A stretch of DNA of 64,000 bases from Schmidtea polychroa (lineage: Eukaryota). The DNA lies in assembly GCA_044892525.1 (NCBI GenBank), contig CM097888.1:72664001-72728000 (forward strand), read 5' to 3'. The notes under the pieces are model-generated. The model did not search any database. It worked only from the letters and a program-made list of their open reading frames with translations, and was not told where the DNA came from. A program made the translations under genes and the position numbers. Positions 22,331-38,109 of this stretch are shown one piece after another (position 1 is the first letter of the stretch; each line of letters opens with the position of its first letter).

Positions 22331-25300
22331 CATTGACGAGTAACTCTTCTATTATTCATTGTAATGAATTGCTGTATTCCTTAGATATTAATGATACAAA
22401 TTCTTTTAATTCATTTTTTTAGTAAAAAAAATAAAAGTACAGTTGGAGGGACGTTTTTGTCCATCTTCATTTAATGATTTTAATTAATTTATTATTTTAT
22501 GCAGAGCGATTCATTTTTAAAAAATCATAAATTAAAATTTAATGGACCGAATTTGCACGTTTCCAGTAAGGTTCGCCCAATAGACCAGTTACCTTCCCTT
22601 TTTGAAAAGATTCAGTTCATAATTTCCTTTAGAAACTATTGTTAGGTTCGATGGGTAGGTAGTCGAACTAACACAAGATACGTTCTATCTGACTCCAAAT
22701 AAATAATTTATGCGTATAGGTAATAAATAAGAAATATGATTTACAATATTTATTAATGATAAAAATTACACGATTGTTTATTTGTACAAATTATTTCACG
22801 CTGCTCTCTGAAGAAAAGAAAACGGTTATGCAAACCGCCCTGAAGAATATTTCTACGAATCAAGGCTGGCCCTAAATGCGCCAACAGCCCGATATAAGTG
22901 AAAGGAAAAAGATAGGGAAAATCACCAAATTTTACGCGATAGAGTCAACCCAGAATTGGTTAACCCTTTAAATTATATTTGAAACAAAACAGCTACAAAA
23001 AATATGTGCTGACGTTGCAATCCCCTTTAATATTAATTTAAATAAATGAAAATATTTATATGTATATATTTCAAATCAAAAATACTAACTAATTAATTAT
23101 TCCAACAAGGGCAAGATAAAACCACAGATTGGTTGTCGAACTTGCTACAAATATTTCCTCCTTTTTCTTTAATTAATACTCCAATAGATATTGGAGTTAC
23201 GATATTGTATAGATGATGCGAAAATTCTGATAAAATATTCTTTGGTCCCGAAGAATTTCGTAATAGATAATTCCAAATTATTTGTTAATCAATAATCGTT
23301 GATTGACTAAGACTGTTAAATGATGATCTGTATCTATCTGTCTCTTAATGCGAGCTAATCAATTTTGATTTATGTCGACTTTTGTTTTGAACTACTTTTA
23401 ATCCGATCGTTTTCTCTCGTCCTTTCACAATGAAATTTTTGTGGTATTTATATTAGTTTATTTGTATTAAATCTATTTATAGTAATTGTTTAATTCCTAT
23501 TTTTATTATATATTTTTAAATAATTTCTATAATTCTATTTTTAGTAATTATTTATTACTAATTATATTTTAGTTTTAATTTTTGTATTTAATTTCTATTT
23601 TTTGGTAATTTTAAAGTACTATTTTTATTTTACTTCATATTTTCGTAATTAATTATTATTTTAATTATTATTTAATTTCGAACCTTCAATTTCGGTTCCT
23701 ACTGAACCCCAACACTATCTGAAAAATATTATGATAACATTTTCAGTAAAAGTAGGACCAGGCGCTATATTAGATGAATGAACAATCAATGTAAGTCATA
23801 TTTCTGAATTAAGTGCAAATATCTTAATTTACCTTCTATTTCATTGTATTCTTGCACGATAATTGATAAAGCTTTGTGTAATCTCTTATATACTATATTA
23901 ACTCTTTCAGGGCAAAATTCTGCAACATTTGCTATTGTCAAAATATATCATTGCAGTCCACTGAAAAAATTCCACATATTTTAATGACGACAATGAAATA
24001 AGGAATTAAAAGGAATTGAGGCTATGAAATCCCTCAAGACTACTGCAATGTTGTATTCAAATGATTTCATAGTAGTATTGGAAACTGTGGATTTGTATCT
24101 GTTGGACCTTAATTTTTTTTGAAAAAAAGTAGCCAGAAATTTTATTGTATGAATGAAAATATTTCAGCAGTCCATAGATGTAGGACTTGAAAAATATCCA
24201 ACTCTTCTCTAATTTAAAAGATTCTTCTTTAGACTATATTTGTTAAAAATACATGCCATTACTTCACTGAATACCTCCAAATTAACCCACCAATGACAGT
24301 TCTTGAGATCACATTTGTTTCAGTAATTGTCCCTTTCAAAATATTAACCTCATTTTGTAGTACAGAAATCGTGGTAATGATCAGAATGAGGTTGTACAAT
24401 ATCTTACCTCTCTGCTTTAAGAGTGGAATGCAACTTTGTAAGTCGGTGATATTACCATTTCTACGATAATAATAAATTTCTTTGTATTTATTACTCATAC
24501 CGAATGCCACAAACTCGTGTGGTACGGGAGCGCTGAGTGACCGATGAAAGTAGGCGATCTACCAAAATATGGCGCATAAGACCCCAATATTCGACAACAA
24601 ACGAAGAAAGTGATGATGCGGACCTGAACAAAAGTTTTATTAATATCTTACCTGGAGTATTTATGTCTATTCGATTTTAGATTATGGTATATAATGACCC
24701 CTACAGGTATTACATATTGATTAATTTTATTAAAAATTTTAAGAAAATAATTATCAAATAGTCAAAATTCGAATATTTCAGAAAAATTTACTAAAAAATG
24801 ATTGCTGTTTCTGCGTCCTTGAGATACTACGCTAACTAGACCTCGTACCGATGCTGTGTTGAAAATTTTCTTTCACTTTAAAAATACCAAATTAAAAATA
24901 TTCGGATTTCCAAGAGAGCATTATATCCAAATATTTCATAGATAAATTTAAGAAAACTATTTGATTTGTAAAATCACAGGTTTACATGATCATTTATTAT
25001 TATATATACTAGAAATTGACTAAATTATAATTTTTAAGAATATAAAATGTTGTTTGTCTAAAAAATCAAACCCTTGATTTTTAGTCAACATTGAAACTGG
25101 AAGAACTAATATTACTTTATCTTCATTTTTGTCAGGTAATTTCAACCTCATCATTGGCAATATTCTCACAAGAACTGTTCCAACATTACCATCTCTTTCC
25201 AAAATAGAGCTAAAAGAATGAGAAAAGTTCATTCGACTACTACAGAAAGACGTTGCATAATTATGAATGTGTAGGTTAATAAAATACACTGGATGGGTGA

Positions 25301-25499
25301 AAATAATTTTGGCATATTAATTTCAATTGTTCAAATTTCATTTAAATTGGTAGCCAATTTTGACACCACTGTGTTGGGTTATTATTGTTGAAGTCGGTGG
25401 TGACTCTGACTCCACGTGCATTTTGTCTCAATACAAAACACTTTATTAAATGTCTACAAAATTCGATACAAAATTCCCAATTACACTTTTTTTTAATTT

Positions 25500-26570
25500 T
25501 GTTGGGTTTTATGATATCAAAAATCAACCGTTGGTTACTTTGACTCCACGTGTTCCAAAATTTAACAAACACAACTCCCAACGTATATTTGTTTTATAGA
25601 AAATTTACAATTCACAATAAATAGCTCCACTTTTAGTTAACCACAATTTTCTTACAATTTCCGATCGGACTCCGCTCTGGAAGGTCTCGACCTTGTACGA
25701 TTTAAAAATAAGTTTCACCTTTTTATTTGATTCTGCTCTCTGATCCGAACTCTTTTAATATTCCTTTCTGACTCCTCACTTCCTCTATATTCTTTTCTTT
25801 TATTTCATTCCTCGAACTCCTATCGTTTGATTCTTCTTCCCTACCTAAGGCCACCGCCGATTATGTAAATTTGGAGTTTCCTTATCTACTCCCATAATCG
25901 ATGTAATTGCCCCATTTTTGACCTAATTGGTTTTGACTTCCTTAGTTATCATTCTCTAATTAGCTATTTCTGTTGATCCTCTTCGTAATTACCCTTCTTT
26001 TGTTTAACCTCTTTTATCCGCCGGTTTGGACAATTGCCCTCTGAATTCCTCTTTTGTTTATCCTTCCAAATTGCCGTGCTGTAGTTTTCTTCATCGCTCG
26101 GGTTCTCCATTGGCTCGGGCTTCCCATTAGCTCGGTTTTCCCATTAGCTCGGGTTTCCCATTAGCTCGGGTTTCCCATTAGCCAATTAATTAATTAATTA
26201 ATATTTTGCGTTTTTTCAAATTCACCTGTTTTACAACCCTTTCTAAACATTTTCTAACAATTTCTTGCTCACTGTCTTCTTCACCATCCTCTAATCTACC
26301 CCTCTCCCGTTTTCCAGCTTCAATTTCGATAACTTTTCACTTTATTCCACTTCCTCAGGTTTGCGCATTTTCCCATTTCGTGTCTGATTGTACCATTTTA
26401 TAGTTCTGTTTTCATCATATCTTTCTTTGCCATTACTTCTCTGCTTGACCGCCATTCAATTTCGGTTTTCCTTTTATTCGGAACTATTCAATTTAATATA
26501 ATTTAATAATTTACTTGTAAAACATCAACAATTTGCACTTTAATGAAAATCGAAAACAGGGACCTAAAAG
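25500..26570. mobile_element. Diverged solo-LTR-like element, same family as 55228-56266 but in opposite orientation
   Basis: Starts TGTTGGG and aligns by eye to the reverse complement of 55228-56266, including the GCTCGGGTT..CCATTAGCCAATTAATTAATT block and a GGACCTA end. A partial duplicate of the TGTTGGG end lies at ~25373. Confidence 0.6.
26096..26180. repeat. 17-bp tandem repeat x5 (GCTCGGGTTTCCCATTA consensus)
   Basis: Five consecutive units read directly from the sequence. Confidence 0.9.
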
Positions 26571-27926
26571 ATACCGTTTTCATCAGATTTGGCAATGATT
26601 TTTCTGTTCTTATCAATTTGAAATAACACTTATAATATATTTTTACACTTTAATCATGATATTGTAGTCTCCTCTCTTCGACCAACTAGCATTTACCCAA
26701 TAGTGCACTTTCCTTTTATATTAGTGTTCAGCTCGCTTAATCGAATAATTATATTAGCCATTGACCAAAATTTTGGAAAAACAAAATAATTGAACACGCA
26801 CCCTTTCACCTTTGTTCACAGGTCTCATCTCGCTTATTCAAAACTAATCATCTTTATTGATTTTGAAAGGAGACCTTATGTCATTATCCTCTTTTTTCCT
26901 GCTCGGGTTTCCCACATAACTTGGGTTTTCTACATAAATCGGACTTTACACATAACTAATAAATTATTCATTTATTTTTAATTAATTTGTATTTATTGAA
27001 TATCTTTTTCTGGGAACCCCCAATCGTACATTCGCTATTCGAACATACCAATTTCCTCCAAAATACGTCATTTTAATATATACGACCTTTAAAATTATAT
27101 TCACTCAAAATTAAACTTGATCAAATTAGTCTTGAACAGTTAATCTGAACAAGACTTCAATATAAGACTGGTATGGCAAAAAAGTCTAAAACATTGACAC
27201 ACGACACAATATTCATTTACAATATGCACACAACAAGCACCGAGTTTGGAATTTGATCTTGTATTTCAAATTGAATCAAAAAAGCATTTGTGTTATTAAT
27301 TTTGTAAGTGTTATTAATACATAATAAATATTTAATAAAATACTTCATTTGATATTTACTATATTACTATATACCTGTGCAAATCGAGAATCTCGTATTT
27401 GGTACCATAAATCGGATCTTTAAATTAAATTATTGTTAATTGGAGATAGGAATCGCAATCACAGTATTAATGCAGCACATATAAAGCGACCGTCCTGGAT
27501 ACATAGGCTCAGCAAAACCATAGGGATGCTAAAAAGGTTTCCATAATTGTGAGAAAATGTCCTCATCAAATAGTTTTAAATGCTTAAATTAAAGATATAA
27601 ACCTTTACAAATGAGTATTTCTAATATTTCCTCGTGATTTTTACTCATTCGCTAGGTGACACAAGTTTATTTTGATTTCATTATTGTTTTACATTGGTTT
27701 GTATATTGGTGATGACCACACCAAAGTGGATAAAATAAATACGAGATAAAGAAGCTCCAGCGCTTAGACTACTAAAAATAAATTTATCACAACCAATAAA
27801 ACGTCAAGCATAACGTGTTTATTATTTTGTTAGAGTCTTCAGGGGCGCAATTTTACAATGTGTAGGATTGTGGGATATATTAACTGATTGATGTAATTTG
27901 AAGGAATGAGTGCTAAATTGCAATTA

Positions 27927-30229
27927 CACCAGAGTCTCTTTTTACACGGTCTTACTTTAACACGGTTTTTTACACGATTTATTTATATTTACACGGTTTT
28001 TTTACACGATTTATTTTAATTCACACGGTTTTCAAAAAATTAATTTTAACCAATTGCATCGTAAGTATGTACCAACACTGTAAATTTCAATCATTAAATA
28101 AAGATTTGTATGTATTTATTGAAAATATTTAATCGTAGTATGTAAGTTGTTAATACATTTATGCATTTTTTATTTTGATAGATGTTTTAATTATTTTCTT
28201 ATTATTAATTTGAAGTTCATTCGGTTCAATTAATTCTAGCTGATATCATAAATATATAAATTTAAGAATTTCAACTGAATTTTGATATATTTGAATAAAA
28301 AAAACTAGTTTCGTTAGGATTTACCTGCCCTACGATGATGCCTGTTAAGAAAAAAAGAAAATGTATTTCATTAGAAACCAAAATTAAAATTTTAAACCGT
28401 ATTGAAAATGGAGAGGGTTCTACGAGCCTTGGTAAAAGTTTTGATGTGAATGAAGCTAGGATACGCACTATAAAGAGAAATGAAAGTATTATCCGAAGAT
28501 CTGTGATGGTCGGAACTAAACTATCTTCCAAGTACTCCTCATATATAAGATGTAGCGTTATGGAAAAAACAGAAAAGGCATTGGCTGTATAGATAGAAGA
28601 CAACAACCAAAAACGAGTTCCATTGGATGGAAATACCATCAATAGAAAGCATTACATATATATGACAAGATTGAACATTTGCAATCATCTGATTCAACGC
28701 AGGCCAAGAAAACTGTTTTTTCTGCAAGTACAGGATGGCTAAGAGCATTTCTAAACAGAAACTCGCTTCATAACGTGCAAATTAAGGGCGAAATTGGCTC
28801 AGCCAACGAGAAATCTGCTAAAGAATTCCCCGAAAAGTTAGCCAGAATAATTGAAGAAGGTGGATACACTCCAGACCAAGTTTTTAATGCAGATGAAACT
28901 GGTCTTTTTTTGGAAGAAAATGCCAAAAAGAACATATGTGGCTAGATCTGAAAAATTCGCCAGTGGATTTAAAGCAGCTAAAGAACGTATTACTTTATTA
29001 TTTTGCAGCAATGCTTCAGGGGATCGGCAGTTAAAACCTCTATTTATTAATAAAACTTTGAAACCACGTGCAATGAAAAATAAAAACGTAAAAACCTTGC
29101 CTGTTCATTGGATGGCCAATAACAAAGCATGGGTAACATCATTAGTTTTTACAGAATGGTTCAATACGTGTTTTATTCCAGAAGTTAAAGTGTATATGGA
29201 AGAAAAAGGTTTGGAATTCAAAATTCTTTTGCTTATAGATAATGCTCCCGGACATCCACATTTAAAACACCCAAATGTAAAAATTGTATTTTTGCCACCT
29301 AATACAACGTCTTTATTACAACCACAAGATCAAGGTATAATTGCCACGTTTAAAACCTATTATTTAAAACAATCATTTCAATATATTTTGGATAAACTAG
29401 AAAATGACAGAGCAATAACAGTTATTGATGCCTGGAAGAAGTTTTCAATTATGGATTGTGTAAAATTTGTAAATATTGCAGTACATGAATTAAAACCATC
29501 AACTTTAAATGCGTGTTGGAAAGCGGTTTGGCCAGATTGTGTCAAAGATAAAAATTGTGTGCATCCAATTTCAACCGAATATTCCAACATTATAAATTTA
29601 TCAATGGCAGTTGGTGGAATAAGGTTTGAAGATTTGGCTTTTGAAGATATTGAAGAAGTCATACTAGATCCAGTTATTAGCGATGAGTCATTAATAGAAG
29701 TTGCTCTAGAGGGTACTGATTGCCGAGAAAAAAGTGGAATTGTGACGTCTGCTCATCTCAGTGCCGGTTTAATTATAAAAGGATTGCAATTGGCAGAAAA
29801 GTTGGAAAATATTTTTATTGAAAACGAAAAAATTCTCGTGACTCGTGCACTTCATTGACTTCACAGCTTCTGTATGAAAATACAGAACCTAATATTTCGA
29901 GCGAGGAATCTGAATGTGAAATCAATTTTAAACCAGTCTCAAGAAAGCGCATACATATTTCTTCAGACACTGACAGTGATTAAAAGATTATTTTTTGTTA
30001 AATTGTTAATTATAAATTTATTTTTTCGTAATGTCTATACATATATACATTGAATATGCTTATTTTTCTAAACTATTGTTAATTAATAAAAAAAATTTCT
30101 TAATTCTGCTGTTATTGGATCTAATCTACGAAAATGCTTTTTTTTTCTTTGTTAGTAATTTTTTTACATTATTTTTAACACGATTTTTTTACACGTTACC
30201 TATCCACCGTGTAAAAAAAGACTTAAGTG
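27927..30229 (+). mobile_element. Near full-length Tigger/pogo transposon with pseudogenised transposase (28335-29858)
   Basis: 23-bp imperfect TIRs (..AGTCT.TTTTTACACGG) flanked by TA, with subterminal ACACGGTTT repeats. Protein motifs are KKRKCISLETKI, FSASTGWL, DQVFNADETGLF, LLLIDNAPGHP and LPPNTTSLLQP.DQGII. There is one in-frame stop and several frameshifts. Confidence 0.93.
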
Positions 30230-31086
30230 TACTAGTGTGAGGATAGATAAGAAAAACTTTCATATAGCTCTAACAACCATGTGTATTGCAAGGATAAAGT
30301 ACAATTGATAAAAAGTATTCACAGTGATAAATAACTAGTTGCTATTAACCACAGCCTAGTAGTTTTGTTAGCAGAAATAGAGAATTATTAGGCGTTCTAA
30401 AATCCAGAACAACGTTAGCCACAATGACATTGTAGTTGGATAACCCAGAAAGCTAACACAAATGTTGATTCGTTGTCTTAAATGAAGATAAAAAATTAAT
30501 AATTTCAGTGGCAATGTATACATAATAATTTTTTCTTCACTTCTGTACTTTTTTAATTATAGGGTTGGCTTACTATTCAAATTTGCGCCCAAATCTAATT
30601 TAACATTTTTACTGTACTAAAACATTTTTACTGTACTAAAACATTTCATCATAACTAATGTTTTATTATTGCAACTTTAATTTTATCTTACTTTTTTAAA
30701 CGCTTTATTAAAGAACGTTTTAAGCAGAACTTATAATTTTCTTTCATATGTTTTACAATAAAAGTATTACAACTCCTTTTATTTCATTAATGTATGGTTT
30801 TTTTTCAATTTTATAATTGCTCATAAAATAAGGGATTAAGGTTGAAGTTTTCCAATGCTATTGAATTAAGTCTTTAGATAACAATTTTAATATTAACTCT
30901 ATAAATTTGTTATAATATTACTACATATGTATTTTGTTAGTATTAAGTCGTTTATTAAATAATTTCTTTAAAAAATTGGACATAACTGATTGTTAAATAA
31001 TCAAAATTAATTTAAAATTTAACATATTTTTATTTAAAATTTTTCATTTAATCTAATATATTATAGTTAATTTAAATTTAATTTAG

Positions 31087-34000
31087 ATGAATACCTCAAT
31101 TGAAATGAATTTCGCTCGTAATATATTGACGAGCATTATGTCAAGCAGCTATTCAATTATTACAAATCCGTTTTTAAACCCAATTGATCCTAATAAACTT
31201 AATTTAAAGAATTATAGTAACATCGTAAAAGAACCTATTTGCCTCAATCAAAGTAAATGTTTAAAACTAAAAATAGTATTTGAATTATTTGCTTAATCAG
31301 TGAATGCTAAAATGGAAATGTCTGACTACCTTAACATTAAAGAGTTTGTATGTGATTTTCGGCTCATGTTATTTAATTGCTATCGCTATTTTGGCTGTGA
31401 TTCTAAAATGGGTAAATTGGCTACAAAATTAGAGTCAATGTTTGAGCAGAAATTGATTTTATTGCCAATGTAAATGTTAATTTTTTGGATAAACTATTTG
31501 TAACTGAATACTGTAGAGATATTAGAGTCAAAACCTCTTTAGATGCAATTCTAATGGATGATACTCAATCAGAAATTGCTGAAAGCGGTAAGGATTTTTA
31601 TCCAATTATATTTGGAAAATTTTGTAAAAATTGAAATTACAATAACCATTTATATTAGGAATGTTGCGGCGTAGGTGCACAGACCGGGCATTTAGTACAG
31701 ACATTAGATTGGTAACACCAATTAAGGCTATATTGGATGAAATGGAGAAATTCGGTACAATTTCCTCGATGTTTTCTGATAACACTGAATTTCAACATGA
31801 CCCGATGAATTTTTTGATTGTAAAATTTCGCAAATGGCAAGATAAACGTCGACATCAGCAATTTATTCGGACATTCGATGAATGGTTTATGGGAAATGTG
31901 TCAGAAATCGATTATCAAACATTGAATAATTGCCCTGAGGTAGTAAATTTCGTTTTTAATATTTTTGTTTTAAGGCTTGTAAATTATGATTTAAAATTTA
32001 TTTTAAATGCAATTTTAATTATTTAATATTTTGTTTTTAAATTTTATTTATAATTTATAAATATATATTTAATTAAATTTTTTTTAAATCTAGTTTCATT
32101 AGAATCTTTTTTAAATTATTTTATAGAACTTTTAATGTTTTAAAAATCTCGCTATTTCATATTAATTTTATTTAAAAGGCCGTATTTTAATATTAAATAA
32201 AATATTCTATTTTAATATAATTGTTAATTTTTAAAATCAAAAAACTTTTTAAAAAATTTAATTAAAAAATATTTTATTTAAAAATCCATATTTAAACATT
32301 TCAAATTTAAAAGTGCAAATTTGAAAAAAAATCTGTTTAATTCTGATTTAAATTCAATTTAATTTTTTTTAGAATTTTTTTATATTTAAAATTTTATTTT
32401 TCAAAAAAAAATTTAATTAAAAAATATTTTATTAAAAAATCCATATTTAAACATTTCAAATTTAAAAGGGCAAATTTGAAAAAAAAATCTGTTTAATTGT
32501 GATTTAAATTCAATTTTATTTTTCAAAAAAAAAATTTAATTAAAAAATATTTTATTTAAAAATCCATATTTAAAAATCTGTTTAATTGTGATTTAAATTC
32601 AATTTAATTTTTTATAGAATTTTATATTTAAAATTTTATTTTTCAAATATAAATCTTTGTTTAAAGTAATTAAAAATAATTATTTTTTTAATATAACGAT
32701 TTTTTTCATTTTTCAAAATCTGCACAACTAAAGGGCAAAAATTTATTAATAAAACAAAACATAGATATAACAAATATATCGCAGATAGACATGTTCCCAT
32801 ATCTATATAATATACATCAAGTGTGCCATTTTTCGGATGCGGTACAATCATCCCGGTTTTTTATCTTGCTTTCCATGTGTGGAAGCCACGATGGTTTTCG
32901 TAAGTCTTCCGTGAACCTTTTATAACTCTTTCAATCATTTTGATCTTGGTTTCTTTGTAGCTTGTGTATTTGAAGCCGAATTTTCTTAGGATATCGGTAT
33001 TCTCTTTCCACCATGTTCCCAGAGGAGAGCAGGCAATGAATGTCTCAACCTTATTATAACGTATTCCTGTTTCCTCATTTATATCCTAGGCTAGCTTCCG
33101 ATATTTGTCCATGTTCTTGTTCTTTGGACTCACTGTTGCCAAATGGACACCTGATATTCGTTGTCTTGTATTTACGACTATATCTGGTTTGAGGATTTCC
33201 TTTGCTTCTTTCGGCTTTGTTTTCGTCTTGAATTTGATGTTTTTTCTTCCAGCGCCTTTTATATTTCGTTAAGCTTGTTTCTGCGCATACGTTGAGGACA
33301 TGTGCTGCAGATTCATGTAGGCATTCGCAGTATCTGCAGTTTGTTGGTGCACTTCTACCGCCCTTATTAGCCTGTTTAATGTTTAGGTTTAATAGTAAAA
33401 TAACCAATAGTAAATGATAATAAAATAACAAATCGTGAGAAGACAGTAAAAGTTTCTAAAAATGTTCAAAATCACTTGATATAATATTTATTTATTGTCT
33501 AAAATACTATTGAATGAGAATATAAAATATTAAGATAATATATCGGAAGAAATAAAGGAACATTTAAAAAAATTTATTGATTTCAGGACATAAGATTGAT
33601 GGATCAATAAATTATTAGTTTAAAAAATACTTAAATCGTGCCAAAAATTCATATTCCATCAACTTTTCCCTTTGAAACCATGAATTTTTAAACTCTTTTT
33701 TGAAACAAAGTTCTGATTATAATGTTAACTGATTTCATTCGTTTGAAATATTAAAATATCTATCTGCCAAATATTACAAAATCAAAGTTGTCAGTAGAAA
33801 AATTCAATTCTGTCTTGAGACTTCTGAAAGTATATACTTTTTTCTGGACACTTTTTGAGTCGTGGCAGGGTCGTAGCAAGGGTGGTTGCACAGGGAGCAC
33901 ATCTGAAAGGAGCGCAAAATTGGGATGTACCAATTTTTTAATGTCACCAAAAAATGAAAAAATATAAATAAAAAATAATATATGACATGAACGAGAAAAA

Positions 34001-36497
34001 ACGACATCCTAGCTAGCCTATCTTTAACATTACTGGTTGGACTGGTCCATTAGCGTGCCTTCGTAGGTGTGTATTTTATAAAATGTTAGTCCACAAAATG
34101 GGCTGCTGTCATTTTTTCAATTAGCAACAGAATTTTAAGAGCATTACCACCTATTACAATAGCTGGAGATGAATAGATAGTTAATAATCTTAACATGAAT
34201 ATTATAATTATTATATTAGACTGTTATGAATTCTTGTGTTGGGGGCGCCAGATATATGAACCGCACAGGGCGCAATAATGCCTTGTTACGGCCTTGAGTG
34301 GTGGAACACTATTTTTCTTGTTTCTTTATTGTAATCCATTATAAATTTTCTGATTCTTTGACGTGCTAGTTATATCGTATTTACATTTTCTTTTGAATAC
34401 ATTCTAGAACTGGGTCCCCAAATTTTGTCGATAGTTGATTTTTTGTGTCGAATATTTACATTTATCATATTGTCAGCATCAAATTGATTTAAAAATAGAA
34501 TCGGATATTTATTATGTTAATTGTTTTTAATTTACTTTTTATATCGACTGCTTTCAATGTTATTTCGAATCATAAAATCTACAACTTTAACGATCTCTAT
34601 TCTAGAAGTTTTTTTTAATTTCCTTCAAAATCAATTAAAATATTAAATACTCTTCTAATTGTATTGGTTAATTATTCAAAATTTATTTTATATCTGATAT
34701 GAATGCTGAGAAATAGTAATTCAAATTGATGGAACAAGAACCAATTTGTATTTTGTCTATATTTTAATATAACTACTTAATCAATCATTACAAATGTTTA
34801 CCAACTCTAAATAACCATTTACTAAAATAAAATATATATTGTTAAACTTCTAATACTTCTTCATCTTCTATTAATTCCTCGTTACTCATTTTTGAGAAAA
34901 AAGATGAAAATTTAAAATAATTCCCCATCTAAGAACAAAAAATAAAAAATATATCAAATTAATAGATATTTATATAAATTTTAGATTATATTCAGTATTA
35001 AACCAAACCATCAATAAAATTTTGAATTTATTTTATATCTCAGTTTTTTCGATAAAATAAATCAATTACTTTATTGATTAAAGATGTAATTTTAATAAAT
35101 TTAAAAATTGGAAATCTTCTCATCTTTAAAGTCGAGGTCGACATCATAAGCTAATGCTAAGCTACTGACTTTCATACACTTCTTGAACCTTCGAATAATT
35201 AATAAAAATTAGGTTTAATACCTTGCAACGAAAAAAATATAAACCAACTTGGAATTTTAAATCTTATTCGAAAAACTTCTGGCTGTTATTTTGTTCAAAA
35301 CAATAAATAATTTCAAAATCTAGAATAAATTAGACGTAGAATATTGATTTTCATTTATCATCAAATATGTGTTAATTAGGACAAAGCTTTGATAACTGAA
35401 AGTATTCTTAATATTTAGGATTTCTGTTAAACAAATTAATAATTCATTGTGTTGAATTATAATCTTGATCTATAACTGAGATATATGCGCACAGAATCTG
35501 GAAATAAGTTGAGTAAATGTACCAGTAGCGTAACAATGGGGGACAAGCAATAGGGGGCCCATTTTCAAGCCTGAAAAATGAAATATTTTAATTAATAAAT
35601 CCACAGCAGAAAGCCGGAAATTGAAACTCCTTGTAAAATCAATAAATCATGCAGGCGGGCAGATGATGTAGAATATTGCTATTGACTCGCGGTCAGCGCA
35701 TATTTTTTAGACTTTGTTTAATTCACTTTGCAGTTATTCATTTCATTTGTTTCACTTCCAATCTTTGATCTATGTTCTCGAGCTCGAATACAGAGATGAC
35801 GGTATGTATGTGGCATTACACCCATTACATATAAACTGATAAACGAAATCGGAACACAATTCGACTGGAATTCAAGACTTATTAATGAACATATTTTGTA
35901 CCTTCCATGAAGTTGACACGATCCTATAGTTTAAATTCCCTAACTGCTTTCTTATCTTCACTTTATAATCCTTAAAACATTCTGATTACGGCAATACTAA
36001 CACAAATTTAGGCTCATCATTCTGACGTCATTAGTCTCATTGCCAAGTTTCCGTCGGTTGTCGTTGTTGACATTTATTTAAAAAGTTTCTTTAAATAAAT
36101 TAACAAAATAATTTTTTACAATATCAGATTGTCATTGGCTGTATAGGTGAACATTTTGAGAATCTTACAGGGGGCCTAAAATTTGAAGTTACGCCACTGA
36201 AATGTACTGCAATGGTTTCATTTCCATGTATTTAACAGAATCTTCATTTCTACATCAAGTCATTTTAAAATCTTTTATGAAATCTGCAATCTTTTTTTGT
36301 TTATTCAATCAAATTTTTATTGAAATACAATTTTCACTATTTAAAATAATGCAAGTAATTGTAAATGTCTCATATTAGTGAAGTTACCAGCACTTATGCA
36401 TGTACGGATTGTAAGATGTGCTTATCTGTTAAATATTCAGATTTAAATAGTCTTGAGTTTTCAGTCACCAAAAAATCGAAACTAAAATGTGTTGTGT

Positions 36498-36533
<36 letters not shown>

Positions 36534-37849
36534 AGGAGGCCAATCCAGCACAGTCCAACGTTGCTTACTGATCCGTTCTTTTACTATTGTGCTGCGATGA
36601 CATGGTGCACCATCATCCCCTATAACCCAATCTTTATTATTACCAAACGCCTCTTTAACGGAACTGCATACTTCATTGTAAAGAGCCTTTAAATACCACT
36701 GGGAGTTGCATCTTTCGTCATTGCACAAGAACCGAACTTTTCCAGGCCCACGAGCAGTGAAGAGTTTAAACAAAATAATGATCTCATTGATGTGAAATAA
36801 ATGAAACAATATTAAATATATAATATTGGAATTATATTAACATTTTCTCCTTGAGTACAATAACAACAAACATTTAGATTTTTACATACAGAAAACAATA
36901 GGTGTTCACTACTTTTTCGGGTGACTGTATATATAAATCATATATTTTTTTAAAACTATTTTCGGTTTTTATAAAGTTTCAATTGAATATAACAATTTCA
37001 GCTTATTCAATTTGTTCAATTTATCAGCGCAGCATTCCAAGGTTTGGGTTTGGATTTGATGCTAGAAGAGCATCTGAAATTGACTCACATTACCATAGAA
37101 GATTTAGAGTACGCTTTGTTATTTCCCCGAAGCAGTCGCTTGTTATGTGCACTCGTACCTTTAATTACTACAGCGTCCAAAAATCGTCAATCAATAATTA
37201 AACATGGATTGTATGATTACGATTCATGGAATAAAGAACTTTCTGAAAGAATTAGATTTTTATATAAATTATGGAACGACAGGCAGTTTAGTAACCAACC
37301 CGAGGTTTTCGTTAGACGTTACAGTGTAGATCCTATTCTATTCAAAGTCTTAGGCAATCGCAAACCAATCACTGATAGGAAACAATTCCATGAAATATCT
37401 GTTTTCCAAAGATGTCATGTTTTACTTGCCATGTGCTGCATGTCCCTAGTAAAATCATTGATATTGTTATCATTACCTAAGTTCATCAAACAATTTAGAG
37501 ACTGCAAGATACAATTCATTTTGGAATGGATAAATCAATTGAATGGAATGATCATCGGGTTGTTTTATTAGCAGAAATCGGTGGTTATGAATATGTAAAC
37601 TTTGGAGGATTAGGAGAATTTGCAAGTTATTTCATTTTTCGTATTGAAACCCGTAAAATTGATGATGAATTGGCCCAATATTCTGTACAAGACTCAGTGA
37701 AAATTGATAAAAGAAAGAAAAAAGAAAAACCGATCGATAAATACCGTATGCCTACGTGGTACATAGACGAAATGAAAAAATCTAAAACCAAAAAAGCGAA
37801 AGCGACTTCAAATAATAAAAGAAATAAATCAATGGAAAATGGTTAGCAA

Positions 37850-37911
<62 letters not shown>

Positions 37912-38076
37912 TATTTTCTTATTATTGTTTATTATTATTTAATATTACAATTTATTGTTTTAAATAATAAATACTGCTACCTAGAATTCATCACTTTATT
38001 ATTAGAGTTGTTATTTATTTAATTTAATATTATTAATTAAGTTATTTTTTATATTATTTATTTACTTTTTATTGTT

Positions 38077-38109
<33 letters not shown>

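Noticed and set aside
23700-25289. Possible multi-exon minus-strand gene (ORFs 24259-24510, 25020-25289 and an open stretch at ~24800-24870)
   Set aside because: No recognisable domain, and the best acceptor for the middle piece opens on a stop codon. It needs RNA-seq.
26096-26180. CRISPR-like appearance of short repeats
   Set aside because: The units are contiguous with no spacers, in eukaryotic LTR-like context.
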